DNA of 64,000 bases, from assembly GCA_051294905.1 (NCBI GenBank), contig CM119373.1, forward strand, positions 12,214,001 through 12,278,000. The letters run 5' to 3'. Positions within the stretch are counted from its first letter, which is position 1. Every line of letters starts with the position of its first letter. The notes below the pieces were generated by a model. That model was not told the DNA's origin. It made no database searches and saw only the letters and a list, made by a program, of their open reading frames with translations. Below are positions 1 to 11,587 of this stretch, in pieces. The position numbers and the translations under genes are program-made. The DNA is from Botryllus schlosseri (Eukaryota).

Positions 1-2257
1 GGCATGCCGGAAGATGCATCATCATTCATAACCTGTCCTAAATTTTCGAAAACAGCCCTCCATCAACTCTACCGGTGAATCTGATCACATTGGATGAGAA
101 ATAATATGTAAAATTACTATGACGAAATTCATGAATGAATCTGAAAATTTTTTCGCGCTTGGCGCGACTATAAGCAGCCTACGTTATTTAATGGATTAGT
201 ACGGAGTTCACCGGAAATGGACATAGACACTTTAACATGAGTATTTGGCGTCCTGCTAGTTCATTGCGACTATGCCCTGGAATGCGGCCGTAGGCTACAT
301 GAGTAGTCGAAATGCGGCCGTGACTGGCAAGAAGGTTGGCCACCCATGCTGTATGGCAATGCTGTTCTCAAATCCACATTGTCTTCGTCATTATCGGCGA
401 GAAATGGCTTTGAAGTTACATTGCTGTCGTTAAAATACATTCAATAAATACGATTTATTCCTTGTATACGTGGACAAATGGGCGACTAATGTATCGATTC
501 AACAATCCGGCGCGCAAAGTACTTAATTTTCCTATATCCGGCCCGCCGACTGGAGAAGTTGCCGCCCCTGGTATATCACGTGATTTATGTCTTTCTTCTC
601 GTACCACGTTACTGATCATTTATCAGCCCACGCATTTCAATTACAAATCAGACTCATCTACGATATCCTACTGTATATTCCATGCATATCCGACCAATAT
701 ATCTATCTGAGGCAATCCTGTCGTTGCATTCACGTTGAAGTTGTCAGATCAAGGACTTAACGCAGGAACGTGCGTCTTAATACCCACGAGCTAAGTATAT
801 CCACCCAGCCACACATTACGTGGGACTCAGGTTACAACTCTAGCAGGTTATCAGACGACACACCTTCCCATATCATATTGACTGCATTGACGACCACGGC
901 TGCTCAAAAACATTTGTTGCTGTAACAATTATTAATAGCAAAAAATTTCTACCATGCTGAGGTTATTCCTTGGTTTTTGTTAAAGCAACGCACACCTCTG
1001 GAAGTGTAATTATAATCAATTACAACCGGCAAACCATTCAGTATACTTTTAACTTTACCTTTCAATGTCACTGATGCATCGCGTGACTTGGAAACATCGA
1101 AGAGGCTTACAATAGCAGACAGGAGAAAGACCGTGCCAAGTCCAGAATATGATGCGATAGTATTGAACTTAATTTCCCGCCTGAGGAGATTTCTCTCAGT
1201 AATCAATTTGAACGGTACTCGACAGTATTCATTACACAGGTCTACACGATTTTTTGCGCCAGGATCAGGTAATTCTGATCTAATTTGGGAGCGCTGAATC
1301 CGAATCTGGCGTTGTTTCATCTCTATCAGATCACGTTTTTAAAATGATATATAGGCTATGTCGATTTTTACTACTTTTTTGGGTAATCAAGTAGATTTTG
1401 ACTCCTTGCATAGTAGCCTACTTACAGAAGTGTTCATGTTTTCAGACTATTTCCGTTTCTACTTGACTAATATTTTAGACAGACTAGTTAATTTTGCAAA
1501 TTGAATTTTGAATAGTAGAGTTTAGTTTGGGCAGGGTTACCATACGTCCTCCTATAGGAGGATTTGACCCCCTTTTTCGGGTTTTTGAAAATGTCCTCCG
1601 AGGACGCCTAAATGTCCTCCTTTTTGAGATTATGTCCTCTTTTCTAATATTTCGTTATCTACTTACTTACTTTTCGCTATTTTCAGTTTGTCAAGTAGAA
1701 GTAGTTTAATCCTCTAATCAGGAAGATAGCCTGCGGAATTTGGGGGCTGTTTGCACGGAGTATCAACATTTAATTTTCATTAAAGTTGAGTAAAGCCCAG
1801 AATTTTCGTTGCGCTTCGCGCTCTGTAGATACGGAATAGCCTGTATGATTTCACGAAAAATCGGTGAATATAATTCAGGTAGCGGATTGCCGGGGTTCCG
1901 TTCACACCGCATTGCCTCTCTTCGCCCATAGTCCATGGCCCCAGCAAACACGAAACAGCCCATTGAGGTTAAAAAAACATTTTTATTTGGTTCATATTGA
2001 AGACTAGCAGGATAGTTTAAAGTCGGTTTTTGTGTCGACTCAATTTAACGCGTTCTTCACGCAAATCGGGATCGTTAATAAAACGTAGATAAAACTGTGT
2101 ATCTACAATGCTTTAGAACGTACAATCGATGGTCAGAAAAACATCCTGAGATACTAACATCCCTGTATTCCCATATTTAGGCATACCTGAGGGTGGCTGC
2201 GGACACATACACGTATCACAGTACACATTGCCTTTGATGAACTTATAATTCATACAG

Positions 2258-2464
2258 AAAACAGAGTCAACGAAACTCAAAGAAAATAATTCAGAACGAA
2301 ACGATGTCAAAGAAGCGAATGAAAAAATAATCAAGCCAACTGATTATGTGTCTTCTTCATCTTCTGATGACGAGGATAAGACGCTGCTTTCTGCCTTTTT
2401 CCCCATAGAACCCTACAGAGAAACAACAACATTGAATGTTAAAGACATGCTCGATCCTGTTTAG
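2258..2464 (+). CDS. Possible terminal exon of an unidentified plus-strand gene (KTESTKLKEN...SSSSSDDEDK...DMLDPV*)
   Basis: Acceptor aattcatacag, 69 open codons ending in TAG, low-complexity protein-like composition; upstream exons not resolved. Confidence 0.3.
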   Translation, partial: KTESTKLKENNSERNDVKEANEKIIKPTDYVSSSSSDDEDKTLLSAFFPIEPYRETTTLNVKDMLDPV

Positions 2465-3119
2465 ATAGCTCTTAGTACTACGCAGTGTTGGGATGACTCG
2501 AGTCACTTTGCAAAAATGACTTGACTCGACTCGGCGCTCGAGATATATGGATTGACTCGTGACTCGGAGTAAAATTCACGAGTCAATTTCAAGTAATCAA
2601 GTAAACGGTGTCAATTAAATCACCCTATATCTTATGTACGTTCGGATTTTTTGCGATATGCCGGTATCACTTGTGAGAGCAAACACCAAACAGCCATTCA
2701 CTGATCGCACCTTTCACTGATCCTGTTGTTACATCATAATTTAATTGACCGCAAACGAAACGGTCACAGCTTATGCTTGCGTTGTCGTCGTCGTAGTAGT
2801 TTATTCTGTTAGCAAGGTATCATTGTTTCTCAGACAGCACAGTGGTTAAATTGCGCGGTGCTATCTTTTACCAACTCTCCTGTATAATTTAAATCGAACG
2901 AATATTGTCTATGCGTCCCTATTCTCACGGAAGGGTAGTATATTGTCCCTTATCAATTTATTGCAACTTCTCGAGGCTTCGTATTCGATCCTCTATTTCG
3001 GCCGATAATAGAACGTAGCGTGTAGCTATAAAGTTACTCACATATGCTATTAGCAGTTCTACGTGTGAGTGATAAAACGCCTTTTGCATTTATATTTAAC
3101 TTTATATTATTTGATTGAA

Positions 3120-4526
3120 GATAAATGACCGATTAATCCGTCTTTTACCCAGCAAAATGGAATGCGAGAACGTGTCGTCCGACATCCGACTTCGCGCCTG
3201 CACTCGCGAAGAGATCATCTGCGATGAAACCTTTGCACAAAGTGATAGACGCGCTTTCACTGAACTCTTCGATATTGATATGTCCAAGCGTTGATTAATC
3301 ATGTCCTGGTCAAATAAGCCCAGCGGTATACAGCGACGGCCCACAATATATGCAACTAACATTATTTCATTGACTTAATTGTTTCGTGAACTTTGAAAAA
3401 ATTTGAAAAGGTTGGCCACCCCTGCACAAACCATAATAGACTTTTGAAAACGATTGGCTGCCCCTGCACTAACCATAATAGACTTGCAATGTTAAATTAC
3501 ATAACATTCTGTTGACTAACATTACATCGTATTACATTTGAATAACTGAACCATGACACTGAATTGGTTAATCGATTGAATAATGATTGACAAAAATTTA
3601 TTGATACCGTACATCAGGGGTGGCCAACCTTTTCGGCCAACGGGCCACATGAGATTTCCAAACCATTGCGTGGGCCACTTGAATGTTGATGTGCTTTTTT
3701 AGTCGTTCGATAGGAACGAACCGGATTATAGGTAACGGTAAAAAAGGACTCATATTACCACACATCAAAATTGTTAACAATTATGTCATGAAAACATGTC
3801 CTAGTCGCGCAAAGCGCGAAAATATTATTAAAGTTAATGAAAGAATTAGGTCAATACAACATTGTTAGTTGCATATATTGTGGGTCGACGCTGTAAACTG
3901 CTGGGCTCATTTGGCCAGGACATGATTAATCAACGCTTGGACGTATCAATATCGAAGAGTTCAGTGAAAGTGCGTCTATCACTTTGTGCAAAGGTTTCAT
4001 CGCCGACGATCTTTTCGCGAGTGCAGACGCGAAGTCGTATGTCGGACGACACGTTCTCGCATAATTGCCAATATAGCTAATATCAATTCCGTAAATAAGA
4101 CGTTTCAGGAGGAGACACCAATACTAAAAGCAAGAAATCGATTGGCAATAAATCGAGCGCAGCGCTAAAAAAATATCAAGACAAATAAATCCTTTACGAG
4201 ATATTCTACTTTATGGTCATATACCAAGATGGCTCCTGGCTACGCCAACATGTCGGAACTGATATTTTAGTCATCAACAGCCTAAAGTCCGCGGTCAGGC
4301 TAACATTCGCACACGCTGCGCACACACGACAGTCCTGCTGGAGACGCGATAGTTCAGGCTGGCAACATAGTGTAGCCAGAATACCCTGCATGCCGTCAAA
4401 CAATGTGTTGGGGTCGCTAATATTCTGGCTGCTCGTTTTAATATTTTTGATATGACGATAAAGGGGTGGTGGGGAAAATTTTAGCTATTGTCAAGGTAGC
4501 TTGTCAAAAAAGTTCGAGAACCACTG
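3120..4526. mobile_element. Two inverted copies of a CAGGGGTGGCCAACC-ended hAT derivative carrying transposase C-terminal remnants
   Basis: 3155-3370 (-) and 3855-4065 (+) are roughly 85 percent similar by eye; RSRMSDDTFSH resembles the hAT dimerisation motif RSxMSxxRL; element ends at 3410-3424 and 3615-3630. Confidence 0.5.
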
Positions 4527-4611
4527 AGCTAGCTCAACATTTACATGGGGTGTAAGGTAGGCTACTGAACACATATAGATAGGTTCGAAGGTAAACATAA
4601 ATGTTGCTCAC

Positions 4612-4773
4612 TATATATATGATCTTGTACAACGCGAGCTTGTTAAAAGCCTCCTTCTCAGATTTTCCAACACGGCTGTAACTGCTCCACACACGGGTAG
4701 TAGCGACCTTTTTCATGATGGATCTGACAGATTGGCCATTTGTGTCGCCTCCAACTGAGCTGAATCCAGCTAT
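4612..4773 (-). CDS. Isolated exon encoding a DUF4806-like segment (IAGFSSVGGDTNGQSVRSIMKKVATTRVWSSYSRVGKSEKEAFNKLALYKIIYI)
   Basis: Acceptor atgatttcag, donor gtgag, 162 nt, phase 0-0; motif S.VGG.....VR.IM+K......Y+..G+..K..F..L. Flanking exons were not found. Confidence 0.45.
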
Positions 4774-6539
4774 CTGAAATCATAATATACAAACAGAATT
4801 ATTCAAGTGCAACGATCATACCCGACAAGGACTTCACAAAAAGACTTGGACAATTAGAAATATTTTAGCTTTTCCTGATTAGATTGGAATTACAGTTAGA
4901 TATATTTCCGAATCAGAGTAGAATAAGGATTATAGCTACACAGCAGTTGTCTGCAAATTGGATTTAAATTAGAATTATAGCTACAGTTTGTATACAAATT
5001 AGATTAAAATGACTAAATTCGAGAAAACTCGGACATCGCATCAAGTTCCAAATCATGGTCCATTCTTATTAAGGACATGAGAATAGCAAATGTCTGTACC
5101 GTACAGCAAGCTTGGCTTGTTTCACACAATAGGCCTACAGTCGCCTTTACAGGAAAACCAGGAATTGGATTAGAAGTAAAACAAAAATGCATAATCATGC
5201 ATCCAACCCTCTTGCTTTGAGTCTGGAGTTTTAACTAGGATTGCAGAAAAGTTGTGAGAAGACTGCTAACGTTACGTCACTGCTATTTCAATGCAATGTG
5301 CTGTGTAACTTTCCAGTTGACCGAACAGTAGCTATAGATATAGGTATTGATAACTAATCTACGGATAGATGTGCAACACGTGGCTGACGGTTGAATGCTG
5401 AAATTGATGTCAGTTTCAAATTATTGTTTTTTTTCAAAATAAGCTATTCGCCTGTGTGCAACAACACTATTCCACACTAGCAGAAACGGCTTCGTCGTTG
5501 TACTAACGGATGGTGTATCATATCTGTTTGTAAAAGGGTAATGTATTGCATCTTATCAATTTATTTCTCTATTCTCTATTTTGGCTGGTAAAGTTACCAG
5601 TTCTAGAAGTTCTATAAACTGAGGCTGTGCAATTACTTACGCAGTTTAACAGTTCTGCGTATATGTGAGCGATACAGCGTCTTCTTACGCGTATATTTAA
5701 CTCTATATTCGTTCATTGGCTCAGAGTCAATTACCGCTCAATCTGTTTCAGACAGCTAGCAAAATGCAATGACATAATCATGCCTCATACGACGAAAAGG
5801 CACCTTGACTTGAATTTTGACTCAACTCGAGTCACATACAAAAATCGAGTGATTCGACTCGAGTCACCTTCGAAAATCGATTAACCTGACTTGACGCGAG
5901 TCAAAATATACAATATGGCGGTATCGTATCTACAGGGGTTCTTAAATACTTTTGGTCATGAAACTAAAATGCGGATATTCGACCCCCACATTGTTTTCAG
6001 AATATTAAAATGAATCTAGTGCACATAACTATCCCCGCAAAGCATGAAAATATAGTCTCAAGTTACTGAAGATACCTCATTACTCTAAAGAACCCTATTG
6101 AGGGATTCTGGGTACAGCAGTTGCAGTTATTGCTTCACATCCACGAATCAAACATTGATACTTGGTTTGAGATTGAGTTTTTGATATCATTATAATTATC
6201 AAAGTCAGTCCGGTTAAAAATTCTAGACATACCGAGGGAATACTACGAAAGTATGTAAATCCACTTTTGCGATCGTCTCAGTGTGATATTGTGACAGTCC
6301 GGTCTGCCAAGTGGGAAGTTGCTTCTGCGTTGGATGAACTTTAAACTGCAATTGTATATCATGTTTTGCTAGCCATAAGTCTCAGAAGTATTAGAAATAT
6401 TCAGCCTCATACCTGCGGTACAATCTTTTTGTAGAACAGTTTAATTCACTTTCCGGTCAAGAAGTTTACCAATTTTGCCAGCTCTTACGCATCTGCTTGC
6501 TCTTCCGAAAAAAATCAGTGCTGCTGTTTCTGAAATCGA

Positions 6540-8185
6540 AAGCAGTAGGTGGTAATCTTAGCGCTGGCAACTCGAGCTCAAAATTTTGTTTAACCGGTCT
6601 CAATCGAAAGCTACTGTCACATTGATTTCGAAAATATAAATTAAAATTTGGTCCGGCCACTGGAACCCCCCGAAAATAACCCTCAATGTCCGAATTTACA
6701 TTGTTTCTAACAATTGTATCGCCCGTAGACAATAGTCGAACAAAGTCTCTTTTCGACTGTGACGCCAACAAGCGTCTCGGCAAAGTCGAGCTGTGTTCCC
6801 CATGATTGTCAGAGTATTTTGCGACATATAATTCAATGTGACCCGAATACGTCGAGTAGTTTTTGCATTTCGCATCATCGCGCATCCACGAATTTTGATT
6901 ATACAAATGCAGCCTACCTACGCATATCACTGCGGAATTCGATATAGATGCGTACTTCCTTGCACGTAGCAGATGAATCCATTCGGCTCTTTGTGGGTCA
7001 TAAATTTCATCGGAACTGACAATATTATAACATAGTTCTAATGTGAATGAGACACCAGTGCGATAACACACTAGGTGTTCTCTGCGCATAACAGGCTAAT
7101 TAACGAAACAGTGTTTATAGTGCATCATAGATAGATAAATTGTACCTATAATTGGGATGTTCGGCAGTTTGAAATCATACATTTGCGATATCTGCGACGC
7201 CGATCAAAACATGGCGGCCAAAAACCACTTAGATCACACACCACTGTTTATGCCATTTTTGGTTTGGTTGGGATGCCGTTTAGGACTTAGCTGAATGAAT
7301 TATGAGAATGAGCCGTTTTTTTAATCAGTCGGTTAATCGCAGAGAATAACTGGTGTGTTCTCATTTCTATTTGTCCAAATTTTTATATGTGCGACAAAAA
7401 ATATGAAAGTAGGCTACTTGCATTTTAGGACGTATTCGCGTTTACAGCGATTGATGCGATGCAACCAACTCAAAGTAGCTGCAACCAATGTTCCCTCCAA
7501 TTTTTCAAGAGTCTGCACGCACTCAACTTGGACAACAGTGCGTAGCGACTAAAAAAAGGTCATCACTTTGATGTTTTGTGCGCAGCTTAAATTTTCTGTG
7601 CCCAGATACGGTGTCAGCATGTCGCAATTGCACACTTGAGCAGCTTACAGGGAACATTGGTTGCAACACCTTAAACTACGTTCCAATATTGCCAATTCAA
7701 ATAAAATTTAGGAACCATCAAGACCCGAATGGAACTATATAATTGTTTTGTAAATAGGCCAGCTAGCTTCCTACACGTTGATGTTGATAGTAAATTCTAC
7801 AATATGCGTTGGCTTCAGTGCTATCATTTGTATTCTCATATTTGTAAATGCGCTACGACGCGAAATACTAAAACTACTCGAATAGGACGTATATTGGCAT
7901 CACATCAATCTCTAGCAACATACTCAGAGGGTCACGGCCTCACCGGGAGCACGGCTTGACTTCGCCGAGACGCTCAATGGCATGGCGTCACAATCGGTAC
8001 CGTGCGTACCAAATGTTAATCGGCATTCAGCTCGGGCGCCCCTATTGTTCAGTAAAATGAAAATTTCCAACTTTGTGGGAGATTTTAGGGGGTTTCAGTG
8101 CCCGGACGAGATTTTAATTAGTATTTTAGGAATCAGTGAAAAAGTAGTTGGTACAGCTGGTCGCCAGCGCTAAGATTATACCCAG
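6540..8185. repeat. Old head-to-head inverted duplication of a decayed coding-like sequence
   Basis: 6540-7100 (-) aligns patchily with 7330-8185 (+); spacer of about 230 bp. Confidence 0.6.
7486..7659. mobile_element. Small hAT-type MITE (174 bp)
   Basis: TIR CAATGTTCCCT/AGGGAACATTG; TSD GCTGCAAC/GTTGCAAC. Confidence 0.7.
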
Positions 8186-9674
8186 TAGGCCGTGTCATAT
8201 AATCTCCTACATGTTACGGTATGTTATCATAATATGATACGAAAATGACTCATGTAAGCATAGTTTTAGAAACTTACGTGGATAACTGCAGACGACCAAG
8301 CCATTGAGCAACCCATATAGTATGCAGTCCGGTACGGTGATTGTCCCTGATAACATGCTACATTATAATGTTATAAATAGCTGAAAATGCTTGTATTATT
8401 ATTATTACAGCCACCGAAATAGACGTAATTTTCGAACTGTTTGCAGCAAGTCAAACAGCTCTCGGAGTCATAAACTACAGGGTATTCCTTCAAAATAGCA
8501 TATTACTCGCTCAACTATGTACCGTACACCTAGTTTTTACCCACATCCGGTACCAGTCGCAATTCCAGCTTCCAGAATTTAACATACACAACTACAACCA
8601 CATTCCGAAACAGTCATCCCGCGAACGAAGCGCGAAGCGCGGTTCAAATTTCCAGAATAATCTAGAAGTCACGCTCGGATAACCACGTACAGTTAAGTCC
8701 ACCCATTCGACTTATTTAGTTATATTTACTCGGAATAAAACTGGAATTCATGCTCAGCTAGCGAAACAGACGAGACTCACGAGACAATGAATATAGGCTG
8801 TATATAATGATGACGGTAAATCAGAAAATAAGGTTTTCGACCAAGTAACACGAATTTATACTGATGGCAGCACTCTATCAAAACGCAACGGTATCTACAG
8901 GTTCCAAATAGCTTCCCACATCAGAATACTTACCACCAAATTCGAATTCATACAGAATAATTTGATCCTCAAGATCATTTTTCCTACGTTTTTTAAACAT
9001 ACCTCTGAAACATAAAAATCGAAACCCTAAAATAACCATTCGAAACCATCCCGAAAGGTTTTTTTACGGTTCTGTGTTTGCTGGGGCGTGTCCTAATCTG
9101 GAAAAGTGGACTCTGACTTTTTTTAGTTTTAGAGCTGTTTTAGCATACCATCTTTGAAATTTTCTGACTGAAGACATGAAATACATTTCCGTTTCAGAAG
9201 TAGTATTCATATTTCACTTTCATATACTTTGAGTTCTAATTAATATCAGTTTTGTCTGGATAACATACATGTTGAAGTATAAAAGCAAGTGTAGTAATGA
9301 CTTTAATTTCCGGAAATGAAGCTACACAACATGGCATTATTCTAATAACGTTTACTAATCGCGGAAAGTGTTTACACCGTATCCTAAACAACTTCTCCCT
9401 ATTGCTCTGCGACTAAACTACGGGCTTTATAATATGGGGGAGTGCGCCATACCATTATATTTTCTAAAACGTGTAGTTCTAGTACACAGAGGATTAGAAT
9501 CGCATTTCCATTGCAATACTATCATTTGCATCCAATGATGCGGACGGATGCTTATGATGTCGAACATTGGACACCTCCTGGTATGCATCAATGTGAATCT
9601 AGCTCGGCACCTTTCACATAGCTCCATTTGCACCTTTTGACAATCCATGCGAACGAATTACGATCGTTTTCACA

Positions 9675-10075
9675 ACTACTTACTTACTTGAGTAGATTTA
9701 AAGTCAGTCAATTCTCCTTCCACTTGAAGTAGTTTTAGGTTGCTTATGAAAGAAGTACTTCTAATCGTACTTGAGTAGATTTTTTCGTCGCTACTTCTAA
9801 TTAAGTATTTTTATTACTACTTTATAGTCATATCGCGCTAGGCGAGACGATAAATCTTGAGATTTCGTATGTAGCCACCTCCGAGTAACAGCTAAAAGTA
9901 TGTGACTCCCTCAAGCCGACCAAGTATACTTGGACATATACTGACTTTGGTACTTCTCATAACTTTCTTTTTCGTCTTCCTCTTGAAGTAGTTTTGACAT
10001 GTCCGAGAAATCACAACTTCTACTTGTATTTGAGTAGAAATGAAAGTATTACTTGCTCCAATTGAGCAGTAACGC
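9675..10075. repeat. Dispersed AGTAG/CTACT-rich hAT-like MITE family
   Basis: Repeated tacttgagtaga / agtaacgaagtac motifs. Other patches at about 1370-1710, 11990-12071, 22770-22850, 39200-39410, 44420-44520 and 51540-51580. Confidence 0.45.
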
Positions 10076-11030
10076 TGATCACGTCGACCGCTTACAGGGG
10101 ATAGAAAAATATTAAGACCACCATGAAAATGTAATGGTTTTTTAATATTCAAAACTGCCATACAAAACGCAAACGCAAATCCTTCGAATTACTTGAAACA
10201 ATCACTAGAAATTTACCAATGCCCATTTCTGGCTGTTTCCTATAATTGATACGTATTTAATTAATTTTTGCATTAATGTCCACCTTTTTAAGAATTTGCA
10301 CTCTTTTTGTTAGAAAACGAGTTAAAATGCGATCATAAAGTCGACTACGACGCACCAAGCGCAAGAATGTCGTTAAAAATCGAGTAAATCGTGAGTTGAG
10401 TCAAAGTGATGACCTTAATTAAAATTTATTTTAGTCAACACTACGTAATATCGTAAAAAACTGGTAATTCGGGAGTCCAGCCGAGGTGATGACTTTTTTA
10501 TTTTGTCAACACAGTAGCCTACTGTCGGCCGAAAAAAATTTCAAAATCACCAGGTTTCTTCTCCGGTACTTGAACTTTCAGAAATTTTGAAAAGTGTCCT
10601 CTTTCCCAGATCTCAAAATATGGTATCCCTAAAATTCTATTCTTACGTTTGGTACTTTGCAAACAATTTGCAGGTTTCATCGTAGACGTAGGTGATTTCG
10701 AAAACAATATTTGACCTGTTGCTGTTGTACTTCCAACGTAATGTGACTAACAAAACTCGAAATTTGGTCAATTTATGAAATTGGGCAAATTCAATAGCAA
10801 TAGAATATCTCACGTGATCGGATTCAGCCGCTGAAAATTGGCCCACGTCAAAGGTTTTGGCGCAAAATCTTTGTAGACCAGAACTATTGTCATAGCTTCA
10901 GTTTTGAAAGTGAAAGCTGGTTTCGGTGTTTGCGACTCAACACACTAGAGGAAATGAAAGACGTGAAGATTGATTGCACATTTGATGTGGAGAATTGCTT
11001 TGCAGGGCATTCATGTACTATGCCATAAGT

Positions 11031-11036
11031 TTTATT
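11031..11036 (-). promoter_or_regulatory. Candidate AATAAA polyadenylation signal of the SVEP1-like gene
   Basis: Minus-strand AATAAA about 430 nt after the stop; the AT-rich context makes chance occurrence likely. Confidence 0.3.
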
Positions 11037-11468
11037 GCAATTTAACAGCAGTTATTTCCATTGTATTCACTGCAAACAGTATCTTCAGCCTCTCTGGATG
11101 CAAGTTCCACATACAAAGCAACGATCGTCAGGCATAATTCGTAATGGTACCGTGTTTTGTACTGGGAACTAACTGAGTTTGTCGATACAATATCTCAGAC
11201 AGTATCTACCAAATTAGCCTTTATCTCGCTTCCACATCTAAAAATTTCCCTACAACAGGAATAGCACAGCGACCACCACCGTCGCCTTACTATACGACTC
11301 ACAATTGAAAACAACAAAATGTTCTGCGTGATTATATTCAAAATAAAAACTGGCAAGAATCGTAGTCGAGTCGGTCCGTCCGAAATCGGGAAAGGATCAA
11401 GTACAAAACGAACAATATAACTGGTTCATATCGGAATGTATGGTATACAGATCTCAGCCTTTGACGCG

Positions 11469-11587
11469 CTACCAAATGTTGAAGAAGGACGATTCGGTGC
11501 AGTCCACCCCGCCGTAACCGTAAGGGCAATAGCATTCATCTGGAGCAGTGCATCGTCCTCCGTTTTGACACGGTTTGGAACATACAG
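11469..11587 (-). CDS. Last coding exon: third EGF domain and stop (VCSKPCQNGGRCTAPDECYCPYGYGGVDCTESSFFNIW*)
   Basis: Acceptor tatttcacag; phase 1 join to CET-P; TAG stop at 11469-11471. Missed by the ATG-based ORF track. Confidence 0.9.

Noticed and set aside
949-1320. 123-aa minus-strand ORF with a hydrophobic stretch
   Set aside because: No recognisable domain; the downstream frame is riddled with stops; left unassigned.
6060-7089. The 207-aa ORF 6466-7089 as a gene, and a mitochondrial-code (NUMT) reading of 6060-6480
   Set aside because: No recognisable motif; the frame conserved with the inverted arm is a different one; the alternative-code translation resembles no mitochondrial protein and still has TAA stops.
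8820-9650. LINE RNase H (IYTDGS at about 8854-8871) and a zinc-knuckle-like GHLLVC
   Set aside because: Only isolated short motifs without the other catalytic residues; too weak to call.
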